Shown in pieces: positions 10,078 to 20,200 of a stretch of DNA of 64,000 nucleotides. Below the pieces are notes generated by a model. That model made no database searches, was not told the origin of the DNA, and was given only the letters and a program-made list of their open reading frames with translations. The stretch is from positions 1 through 64,000 of IMG/VR virus record IMGVR_UViG_3300025941_000667; one strand, written 5' to 3'. Source of the DNA: a virus. Positions within the stretch are counted from its first letter, which is position 1; the number at the start of each line of letters is the position of its first letter. The translations under genes and the position numbers were made by a program.

Positions 10078-10093
10078 ATGAGGAGGACTGCGT

Positions 10094-10471
10094 ATGCAGC
10101 AGGTTGTGGTAACGGTAGAAGCATTGCGATGTCATCAGTGTCGAAGGTTAATTTCTCCGCATGAGGACTTCTATCAACATCAAGCACTCAACTCGGTGAC
10201 CGTTGGATATCACGACAGGGCACATACCTACATTAGGGCGGACATCTGTAGTGAGTGCCATACGCTGTTGGTACGCATGGAGAAAGAAGATCAACAACGG
10301 GCATGGTGGAGAAGGCTGTGGATAGGAACTCTGCTTATCAACTTGATCGTCATGGCATTTCTTCCTGTGGGACTCTTCCCCTGGTACGGCGCTTTGATCG
10401 TTCGTGCTGGGTGGAAATGGAGGATGGAGCATCAACAACAGGCAGTAACGGAGGAAAGGAGAGCCGCATAA
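10094..10471 (+). CDS. Hypothetical membrane protein with CxxC...CxxC Zn-ribbon
   Basis: AGGAGG SD; CHQC and CSEC; C-terminal hydrophobic segments. Confidence 0.7.
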   Translation: MQQVVVTVEALRCHQCRRLISPHEDFYQHQALNSVTVGYHDRAHTYIRADICSECHTLLVRMEKEDQQRAWWRRLWIGTLLINLIVMAFLPVGLFPWYGALIVRAGWKWRMEHQQQAVTEERRAA

Positions 10472-10683
10472 TGATACCTCCCTTATTACCACCATTTTTT
10501 TTCATTGACCGCACCGGACTCCACCGTATCGGAGGAGGAGGAGGAGGTCTCACGGGGAAGGAGACACTTCTTTGCATTGCTGTGTCACTTGCTATTGCAT
10601 TCGTGTTTTTCTGGGCAACTGGAATGTGGGATATATTTTGCGGAGTTCCTGGCTGTAACCCATTTACCGATGTGTGGGAGTGA
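10471..10683 (+). CDS. Small single-TM hypothetical protein (70 aa)
   Basis: TAATG coupling; poly-Gly run, then LLCIAVSLAIAFVFFWA. Confidence 0.55.
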   Translation: MIPPLLPPFFFIDRTGLHRIGGGGGGLTGKETLLCIAVSLAIAFVFFWATGMWDIFCGVPGCNPFTDVWE

Positions 10684-10723
10684 ATACCATGCGCGGCGCG
10701 AAGAAAACTATAGGGAGTTTTTC

Positions 10724-11080
10724 ATGAGTACGTTACGTCGCATCTGCCCGGTTTGTCAACATGGGCTCAAGGTGCTTGTTTCGCCCATTTCCGCATTCCC
10801 TGAGCATCCGAGGCGAGGAGTCGTTGCCATATGTCTTTGCTGTGTTGATTTGATCATTGCCCGTAAAAATAACACCTTCGTGCGATTTCCCGGCGAGAAT
10901 TTTTCCTTACTCTCCCTTGAAGATCGCGCGGAAATTGCTGAAAAACTCAAGGTGATCTCTCACCTGATTGATCTCCACAAAAAGTTAGCGAAGAGTGAGG
11001 GAGAAGGGCCGCGCCGGCCACCACAAGCAGCGTTACGAAAAGCGCAGCGCAAACGAGAGAAGTTCCTTACACGGCACTAA
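10724..11080 (+). CDS. Hypothetical Cys-containing protein (118 aa)
   Basis: AGGGAG SD; CPVC and CLCC; basic tail; stop overlaps the convergent phage gene. Confidence 0.6.
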   Translation: MSTLRRICPVCQHGLKVLVSPISAFPEHPRRGVVAICLCCVDLIIARKNNTFVRFPGENFSLLSLEDRAEIAEKLKVISHLIDLHKKLAKSEGEGPRRPPQAALRKAQRKREKFLTRH

Positions 11081-11742
11081 TGATGAAACAAAAAGGTGAT
11101 AGCAAGACCTATAATGGCGAGAAACGCGCCCCACGCAATCATAATGCCTAACCGTCTTCCTTCCGCGATCTGCTGCTGCGCCACTGCATTGTCCAGTTTC
11201 TTTTCTAGGGAGTCAAAACGGAGGTCCGTGCGATGATCTGCATCTTTGAGCTGGGTAGTGAAGGCGTCAAAGCGAATATCCACTTCCGATTTACGGATGA
11301 GCGTCGTTTGCATATCCGCCATTTGTTCTCTGAATTCATTGACCGAATCAAAACGCTTCTCTGTGGCGCGCTCTGCTTTATCAACTGCCTCTTTTGAGTA
11401 TTGGATTTGTAAGGCAATATCGTCTTTGCGCGCTAAGAGGGTAAGCTGGTCCGTGATCTGTCCCCGAAAATCATTGATACTGGTAAATCGAGCGTCAATG
11501 GACTGCGAGAAAGCAACGATGTTACTGTTGGCCGTCTCCAAGGCTTCCTTCGTATTCTGATTGGCAAGCGTGAGCGCGTCCTTCATATTCTGATTAGCAA
11601 GAAGAAGTGCTTCTTTGACGGACTGCTGCGCCTCCCGTAGTCTTTCTTCAATATGAAGAAACTCCCGCCGTACTCGTTGCTCACGTTCATTTAATAGAGC
11701 TAAGAGATATTCTTTGAGGTCAACTGTCAATTCAGGGTCCAT
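11077..11742 (-). CDS. Coiled-coil protein with C-terminal TM anchor, last gene of the phage late region
   Basis: EALLLANQN/DALTLANQN repeats, duplicated RF.S.N.FR.Q..D unit, C-terminal IMIAWGAFLAIIGLAITFLF. Confidence 0.75.
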   Translation of the reverse strand: MDPELTVDLKEYLLALLNEREQRVRREFLHIEERLREAQQSVKEALLLANQNMKDALTLANQNTKEALETANSNIVAFSQSIDARFTSINDFRGQITDQLTLLARKDDIALQIQYSKEAVDKAERATEKRFDSVNEFREQMADMQTTLIRKSEVDIRFDAFTTQLKDADHRTDLRFDSLEKKLDNAVAQQQIAEGRRLGIMIAWGAFLAIIGLAITFLFHH

Positions 11743-11751
11743 TCGGATTCG

Positions 11752-14274
11752 CTATGGTGCCGCGGCTTCTTTCACGGTGTCATAGAGTTCGCGTTGCTGT
11801 TCAGTGAGACCAATCTTTTTTTCTGGAATCATGTCTTTGAGATCATCGGCAAGCTCCGGATCAAGCTGCTTGATCGTTGAAAACGCGGATTTTGCATCCG
11901 CCCAGGTTTTTGCTTTTTTGAGCTGCACGGACGCGGAGCGCAGCAGTCGCATTTTTGTGATGTCATAGTGTGCCGGATCAATCTCCGTGATATTCATGCC
12001 TGTCCAGAACTTGAATGATTCTAGTGAAGGATCTTTGATGACAGGCTGTTTACTCACTGGATCAATCACGAGTTTGCCCAGGCCAAATAAATTTTCTGCG
12101 GTGCGGGTAGGGAGTCCTGGGATAATTTTACTGAACTCCTGCATAAAAGTTTGTGAACGCAGAAGCGGTGCGGGTGGTTGTGTGACATGGACAAAGGGAG
12201 GATGCCAATCTAACGCGGTTCGCTCCTTTATTCCTTCAATTAACCGACCGTAAGGAATAAACGGCTTGAGTAGCCGGGCTGCGGTCACACCGACAGGACT
12301 TGCTTGCTTTTCAGACGAGGCAACAGACGCAAGTTCAATTGCTTTGAACAGCGGGCCAGTATGAGGAACATTCGAACCAATGGTCGAGAGCATATCAGCA
12401 GTCGGCATCACGCCCGTGCGTTTCCAGTGCGTTCCGGCATTGAGTAGGAGCTGAAGGTTGAACCACGGAATGTCGGCAACAGAAGCCCAGCGTTCCTTCC
12501 CTTCTTTAGTGGAACCAAACTTGAGGCGGCCACTCGTCGAGACAGAGGGTGGACCGCCAGGTAAAGGAGAGCGGTCTTCGTCATCCGGACGAGGCCAGAA
12601 CATATAGGAGAGCAGCCCCATAATCATGCCGGCAGTAAGCAGGCGAGCCGCACGTTCGCGGAAGTTGCCCATTCCTGGAAAGCGAGGGTCGGGTTCTATT
12701 TGCGCAAACGGCGCCGCAAAGTAGTGCCCTAACATCTGCGCGGCTTTGTACGGATAGGTAGGAAACAATGAGAGCAAGGGCGCGATGGGGTTTGCCTTCA
12801 TCTTCTTGAGCGTGGTCGAGAGATTGTCATAATCCAATCCCCAAGTATCCACGGCTTGACGCATGGCGGCAAACGCTTTCTTTTCGGCAAGGATAGTATC
12901 TCGGTCAATCTTGATGCCTTGCGCGCGGAGATGCGCAACGGCAATAGCGCGCTTTACCCAGTTATCAATGGCTCCAATCGGTAACAGCATGACGCTATTG
13001 ATACGGTCGCCAAGGCCCGGATTATCTTCCATGTTCTGGCCTACCAAGTTGGAGCGTCCACCGATGAGCGGATCACTGAGCGCATGTATGGTGTCAGGCA
13101 TCAAGGCATCGAGCGGGCCATAGACGGCGTACATGAAGGGCTTAAAGTTTCCTCCTGCCATGATGCCGTGCGCAAGGGAATCTGTTACAAAGGTTGCCCA
13201 TTGAACCGAGGAACCGATAAAGTTCTTGAATATCGTACCAGGGTAAGCCAGCAGGGTGCCGGAGGTAAACCGCAAAAATGAACGGATAGCATCTCGGGTG
13301 GCGTGTAGCTCTTCTACAGGCTCAATAAACTGTTTCCATTCCCTGTAGAGCGGAGCGGGGATTTGTCTGCCGCCTGCAAGGTTCCCGATAAATTTCCCGC
13401 GTCGCGTGAGCTGTGTTTTTGGAATCTCCACCCAACCGGGATGCAGCTCGCCCGTTTTGGGAATAGGGTCGGTAACGAGCGGAACGAGATCACTCATCAT
13501 GTCGTTCCAGACTTTTTCCTGTGCTAGCTCTGTCCAGCTTTTTTGCGCGGCTTTCTCAAAGTGTTCGACGAATCCGGGCTTTTCCGTCCGATGGAACCGC
13601 GCACTCGCAGTGCGGCGCGCCAGCCGATACTTTTTACTCGTCAGTGATCGAAGAAATCCGTTAAATCCCTTATCAAAGTAATGGTGAATATAGCCTTCAA
13701 CCGTTTGGTCAATGCCGGCCTGCTGCGCGAGCACCTTCTGTTCTTCAATCAGCCATTTCACAACCTTTTGTTGATTGGGCGTCATGTCATTCCAGAACTG
13801 CTGTCCTTGTGCTGCGGTATAACGTGGCCGATCAACGATATCGTTCCCATTGGCATCCTTAATGCGGGCGCCGGTCTTGGGGTCCGTGCGATAGATGCTC
13901 GTGCCAAACACGGGATTGCCGTTCGTGTCGAGTTCACGGATTGACTCAACCGCATGAAACATACGCTGTTGGTCAGCATCGGTGAGTTGATCACGAGAAA
14001 GGCCAAGGCGGCGCGCGAAATGAGTAAGACCGGCAGCGCCGCGGTTACCTAGATACTTAGAGAGAATAGGAATCTTGGCGATACGGTTAGCAATCTGGTG
14101 GTCCGAGAGGTCATGCATCCGCTGTTCGATGGACGTGGCAACGTCGTGCGCCTCGACCTGCATCCGCGCGTGGCCGAGTTGCTCAACGGCAAAGGCTTCT
14201 GGCCCTCGTTTGTTTCCGAGATATCCCGCAAGTTCCTGCCGTCGCGTGCCGAATGTTTCTTGAAGGTCAGCCAT
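11752..14274 (-). CDS. Large helical putative internal virion/ejection protein (LPD38-like C-terminal type)
   Basis: 840 aa directly after the polyvalent gene; GYIHHY, LFPTYP, FKFWTGMNI features. Confidence 0.6.
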   Translation of the reverse strand: MADLQETFGTRRQELAGYLGNKRGPEAFAVEQLGHARMQVEAHDVATSIEQRMHDLSDHQIANRIAKIPILSKYLGNRGAAGLTHFARRLGLSRDQLTDADQQRMFHAVESIRELDTNGNPVFGTSIYRTDPKTGARIKDANGNDIVDRPRYTAAQGQQFWNDMTPNQQKVVKWLIEEQKVLAQQAGIDQTVEGYIHHYFDKGFNGFLRSLTSKKYRLARRTASARFHRTEKPGFVEHFEKAAQKSWTELAQEKVWNDMMSDLVPLVTDPIPKTGELHPGWVEIPKTQLTRRGKFIGNLAGGRQIPAPLYREWKQFIEPVEELHATRDAIRSFLRFTSGTLLAYPGTIFKNFIGSSVQWATFVTDSLAHGIMAGGNFKPFMYAVYGPLDALMPDTIHALSDPLIGGRSNLVGQNMEDNPGLGDRINSVMLLPIGAIDNWVKRAIAVAHLRAQGIKIDRDTILAEKKAFAAMRQAVDTWGLDYDNLSTTLKKMKANPIAPLLSLFPTYPYKAAQMLGHYFAAPFAQIEPDPRFPGMGNFRERAARLLTAGMIMGLLSYMFWPRPDDEDRSPLPGGPPSVSTSGRLKFGSTKEGKERWASVADIPWFNLQLLLNAGTHWKRTGVMPTADMLSTIGSNVPHTGPLFKAIELASVASSEKQASPVGVTAARLLKPFIPYGRLIEGIKERTALDWHPPFVHVTQPPAPLLRSQTFMQEFSKIIPGLPTRTAENLFGLGKLVIDPVSKQPVIKDPSLESFKFWTGMNITEIDPAHYDITKMRLLRSASVQLKKAKTWADAKSAFSTIKQLDPELADDLKDMIPEKKIGLTEQQRELYDTVKEAAAP

Positions 14275-17200
14275 CTTCCCAGTTTACTAGGAGAAGGAGG
14301 GACAGGGGGAGCCATACCGGGAAGATAGGAGGCTTTTGGGGCAGCAACACGGAAGGTGGGGATCTCTCCGTTCTCGTCAGCGAAGATGTCCGCACGCTTC
14401 ACTTGCTGGCTTGGATTAAATGAAATCTCGGGAGTCACGTAATCCATGAGGGCGCCGGAGCGAATCAACTTCGTGGCGGCGGCATACATTTTATCAGTCC
14501 CGGTAGCTACGCTCGGTTGTTCCACATACGCAAACGCCTCTGCCGCACCAAAGCGCAGCAATCCTGCTTTGAGATGGGCTTTTGCTTTCTCTGTGTCGAG
14601 GAAGGTCTGTTCATGGATAGATTGGGCGGCACGGACACGCCCCGTTGCATCACGGTACACGATAGCGACCCAGCCCGTAGGAGCTTGGAGTTCTTTTCCG
14701 ACGAGTGCGACACTTCCACTACCTAGAACCATTTTCCCTAACACCTCATGTGGAATTGGCGCTTGATTGGGCTCAAGGGGGTCTTCCGTGCCAGTCACGG
14801 AACGATCAAGCGCATAGTGAGTAGATTTGCCTTTGGGATCAATATAGGCATAGGTGTCAAAGTTAATAATGACATGACCGGCGTAGCGGCCACCACCTCC
14901 TTCCCTATCCAAGAGTGCAGGGACAACGGAAGAAAAACGGCGATCATCACCAGAAGGGGCAGGATTGCCTCCCGGGTGATTATGAGACAACCACCATTTG
15001 ACGTTTCCGTTGCCATTGTCTTCTATCTTCAGAATTCGATCTTTGATGTTTTGGATAAAGGCAGATTCTTGTCCTTTGGGAATGACCTGCACGGTTCCAG
15101 GAAGCCGCGAGGTAAACGCTTCATGATCCACGACCTTCCCTTCTTGGGCGTAGACGATATGGAAGGTTTCATACTGCTTGTTCCGGTAGACACGGGCAAT
15201 GGTGGCAAGGTCTTGGGCGGTGCGTAACTCTTGACCGTGCAGCGTTATGAACCCTTTCTCTTCGAGGTCCGTGCGGATCGCTTGTGCTGTCGTAATAACG
15301 TCTGGAGTTCCTCGGTCCCGCCCAAGCGTTCCTCCTGCAGTGGATAGGTCTTCGGCTGACGGGATAAGCTGCTGGGTGAGCTGCTCGGCGTGGACTTTGG
15401 CGTCGGCTCTGGTTTTGGGTTCTGGGAAGAGTGCAATTTGTTCATAACTTGACTGTACCTGATCCGGCCCATACTCTGCCGTCGGTTCAGACACGCCTTC
15501 TATCTTCAAATGATTTTCAGTCGCTACGCGAAACGCCATTGCTTTTTCAGCAGTGGGGAACAGAAATCCTTTAGCAAACCGACTCCAACCTCCACTGTTC
15601 GCTTTTGCGAAGCCTGCAACCTTCGCATACTGGTCTGAAGACAATGTCGGGCGGATATTCACCTTCTGAACAGTTTTATTGATACGAGTATCGAGATGTT
15701 CTGTTTGAGTAGTGAGCGGCTTCGGGCCTGCCGGTTCGCCTTGCGGGGGCAAGGTGGCACCGCGACTTGTGAGCTGGTCCGCAAGATTTTCCTGTCGAGA
15801 CGGCATATTTATATGCTCAATACGATCAAACAGCTCGTTGATCGTTTTGGCGTCGGAGAGATCAAGATGCGGCCCGTCGGGGATCTGCCTGACTGCCTCT
15901 GGAGTGCTGGCTTTCTGCAACACCACAAGCCGCGTATTCACCCCTGTCCCAGCCCGCTCGAAGGTGACAGAGGGAAGATTGATCGTTGCTATGGGATAGA
16001 CATTCCCGCCGGGTTCTTTGCTATCCAGCTCTTGAAATTGTTCCCAGCGCCTATCTGCCATCCCACCACGGGGCAGTATCGCGACAATGCGGCCCCCTTC
16101 TGCAAGATGCCCGGCGGCTTTAATCAGATGCTCAAATGCTGTCTTGCCTCCGGACCCGTACGGCGGGTTCATAAGAATCGCTTGATACTTATTGCTTACA
16201 TGGTGATTCTCGAACGTATCTTCAATGACGGTCGCCTTATTATTGGCAAGTCGCGCACGGTTCGCGAGTTCAGCGGATGGTTCAATCAGTTTCGTGGTCG
16301 TATCTTCCGGGATAAAGCGTCCGATGGCGCCATGGCCGGCAGACGGCTCTAACACATGATTACCTTTACGAATATCGGCAAACTCGACCATTTTGAAGCC
16401 GATAGGTTCCGGCGTCGGGAAGTAGTCTTGGCCTGCCCGTTGGTCGCGGCGGGCGTTGAGTTTTTGTTGCGCCCAGTAATACGTTTTTGCTTTGGCGAAT
16501 CCTGTCAGCGTTTGTTGCGCGGCCACGGACTTGTCGTACTCTTTGCCGCCTGTTCCTTCTCCTTCGTAAGGCGTGAAATGCTCAGCTCCGCCATAGGCGT
16601 CAATGAACGACTGCCGGAGGCCACGAGCAAGCACGCCCATACCGAGGTTCTCGGCAGTAGAAGCCCGCTGCGCAATGGACGTAGCAAAAGCGCGGGTTTC
16701 CCAGGACGTACCGGTGGTCATGTAGCGCTGGATCGCATTCGAGGCTTGCCCGATACGATAAATTCGCCCTTCTATTTGAATAGTCGCGACAGGCCGGGAT
16801 GGCATGCCGAGATTGATATTGACACGCTGATATTTGCCAGTCGTATCATGCAGGCTAATCCCTTCGCGGCCCGCATCGGACTGCACCACAATAATACGAT
16901 GGGGGTCAGCACCGGGCTGTTCTGAGTTGAATTGATCAATAGCTTGGCTGCGTTTTTTCTTTGGGACGGTTCCGTTGAAAAAGACCGCTTCAGGGAAGGC
17001 TTTTTTCAACGTATCAATGGGCGCTTCAAGGTCACTAAAATCCAGATTCGCAAGATCGGTATGCTCTCGGTTGAATTTGTCAATCAGGTCATGGGTATAC
17101 CAAGTTTCCGTCTTATAGGTTCCGTTCGACTGTTTGACGGGAATAGTCTGTGCTTCGTTGACGTAATCTTTCTTCTCAAACTTGAATGGATGAAATCCAC

Positions 17201-20200
17201 CGCCTTTGTTGAAGTCGTGGAACACAACGACTTTTCGGCCAAGATCCAGATGCGCCTGAATCTGGGGAATCGCCTCTTTTGCTTTGATCGCCTCAAGCAA
17301 GAATTGCCGTTTGTGAAAATCGAAGTTCTGTTCTGCGACTCTATAGAGCGGGTCAAAGACACCGCCGCTACCATTGCGGAGAATGTCAAGTCCGCGGTCA
17401 ATGTCCTGACCAATCGCGGAAGGGGTGAGAACGAAGCGCCGATCATAATCAAAGGGGACATCGAGTTGACGGCCAACAAGCGCGCCTTGGTCCTGGAGCC
17501 ATTGATTAAAGTTCTGCTCCATGATTTCTGAGTTGACATCGGCAGTCGGCTGTGTGAGTTTGCCAGTCCGCATTCGATAGCCGAAATGCTGGATCATGAA
17601 GGCTTGTTGTTTGTCAGGTGCATTGTAACCGCTACCACCCCGAAGTCCTTCCTGAAAGATGCGGGATGGCGGAACATAATGGAACAGGAATCCTTCTGCG
17701 GCATCGACGTTTGGCGCCCACGCAAATGGGGTCGCGGACAGGAACGTCACCAGCGGGCGATCACCTTCCTGCCAACGTTTTTGATAGAGCGGGCGCTCGC
17801 GCTTTTCAATCGCATGAACGGCATCGCCTGCTTCTTGGATTTCCCGTTCCATCGCCATGATTTCTTGGTCTGTGGCATCCTGAGAGACATGACGCATGGC
17901 CTGTGCAACACGATCATAGCGTTCGTATTCTCTCGGATACGCCGTGCGCGCCCAATCAAGAAACGCTACATGGTGCCCTGTCAGTGCGCGAAACATGCGG
18001 AGTGTTTCATTGACCGCGCCCGTTTTCTCGCTCGACATACTATGGGATTCGTCAAGAATAATGAGATCCCAGGTCCGGGGCGCCACGAGCGAAATGTTTT
18101 GGTGCATGTTGGCGTAGGTCGTCACCACCGGGCCACTGCCGCCATTCTCTGTTGTACTTGTCAGAGGGCGAAGGGGGAGCCCGACCAACGCTGCCCGAGT
18201 CGCCCACGTTTCCACGAGTTCTTGCGTCGGAGCAAGCACGAGAATGTTCTTTTTGCCTGCCAAGAATTGACGGTAGGCAATGCCAAGCCCCGTAAACGTT
18301 TTGCCGGTCCCAGGTCCATTGGTGAACAGCATGCCGTGCTCTTTGACTTTTCCGTCCGCATCAAAGAACCGTTGCTCAGCTTTGAGCACGTCGTTTTGCT
18401 GTTCAGGCAGGAGGTAAGGAACGGTGCGGGCTATGTCTCGGGCGTCTCCGAAGGTGGGGCGTTTGTCAGCATCGGGGAGGGCGTTGAAGTCCTGTTGTCG
18501 GGCAAGACGCTCTCCTTCTGTGGCTGTACCAAGTTCTTGAACATCGTCAACAATGTCTGCTGTTCGCTGTTCGTCAGTGGGTGATCCCGCTTCGCCGCCG
18601 CCACTGCTTCCGCTGGGCTCGTTATCTCCGGTAGCGGATTTCTCAAGGTCAAGTTGGCCGTCTGGTGTATATACTCGCTGATTGCCTGATGTTCCGCCAG
18701 CAGCGGGGCTAGTGTCTGGTACGCCACGATCACCGGCGACGAGAGGCCCTGTGCCCGTAGCGCCTTGGCCTGTTCCTGTAATGTTTGGTTGAGTTCCTCC
18801 TGGTTCATTGAGAACAGGCGATGGAGCGCCGGGTGTTTCAGGTGGACCGTTCGGGCGATCCGGTTCAGGACTGGGGCCGCGATGTGGTACATTCTGTTTC
18901 TCCTGCTGTAAGTCGTGACGAAGGCGCCGCAGATAAGGGACGGCATTTTGTCCATACGTTGTAATCGCGTCACGAAAGAAATCGGTTAAGGGGCGACCCA
19001 TTTGCGCAAAATCATCAAGCGTCTCCAGTAGCAGCGGCTTCACGCGCTCGTAGCGAGCCTCATCCGGGACGGGAGGAGGCGCAGGCGCACCATACGGCGC
19101 GTTCTCCTCTTTAAGGGAGCCGAACTCTTGCAATAATTGCAGTTCGCGCGCAACGCGGGCGGGGGTAGGATCAATCCCTTTATTGACCAAGGATTGCCGA
19201 GCTTGCTCTTCAGGGGTGGCTTGCACTTTCGGAGTACGCGGAGCACGGGGGGCGCGAGGAGGGACAGACGCGCCTTGTGGTCGGGACGCGCGAGGAGGAC
19301 GAGGAGTCGCAGGAGGAGCTGGTGGCTGTGCTTCTTGAAGGGCGTTCTCGAAATCATCGTCGGACAAATCAGTGACCGCGGCCCGAGAGGACGCGGGCGC
19401 CGCTACTGGAGCGGGCGGTTCTTCAGCAGGGGACTCACCGGGGGTGGTGGGTTCGGGAACTTCACCCTCGGGGCCAGTTTCGGGGCTGGGAGGCTCACCC
19501 TGTGTGCTGGGACTAGATGGGGGTGTTGGTTCTGGAGCCGTTGGTACAGCGCCTGGAGTACCTTCTGTTGTACTAGCGGGTTCGTCTGAGAAAAGCGAAG
19601 TTTGACCACCGCCTGTTTCTCCTTCATAAGTTAAGGCCGCACTCCACAAGTCGGCCTTGCTGGGAGTCGGCCCTTTGGGTCCAAACAATTCATGTTGCCG
19701 GGGATCGCCTGTTGTTTCAACGGCATCGAGATACCGGGTAATGAGTGAACCGAGTTTCTTTCCACTGCGTGCATACTTCTCTAGGGTATCCAGCACGTCT
19801 TTTTCAAATGGGGTCGCCTTCGGAGCACCAAACAAAGCGCCTTGTGGATTGTTCAAGTAATTATTGACATTAATGCCCTTCGCCCGCAGACTCGACAGCG
19901 TATTTGCGGCAGTGGCAAGGTCGGAGGCGATGTTCAACGGATAGCGAGCGCCTGCGTCAATGCGCTCTTGGAGCTTCACAAACCGGGGCGCGGTGACCAC
20001 CAGCGCATTCATGATGGCTTTGACATTTGCGTCAGGGTCTTCCCCGATCCGAGTCACCATCTCAGGATTGCCGTAGGCTTTCGCAATGATCGCGTTCCGT
20101 ACTCGCTGAATGCCGGTGGTATTAAGACCGCTGCCGTCCTCCATGTAATAGTTCGGCCACTCATTCTTAGGGACGAGGTCCGTAAAGAACTGGTTAATGA

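Noticed and set aside
16356-18584. Several 190-330-aa + strand ORFs opposite the helicase region
   Set aside because: Codon-aligned antisense shadows of a conserved domain; no recognisable motifs or expression signals.
19403-19627. 74-aa alternate-frame ORF in another linker of the giant gene
   Set aside because: SD poorly spaced and product Pro-rich and short; not enough support, though worth rechecking if the 18431-18892 gene proves real.
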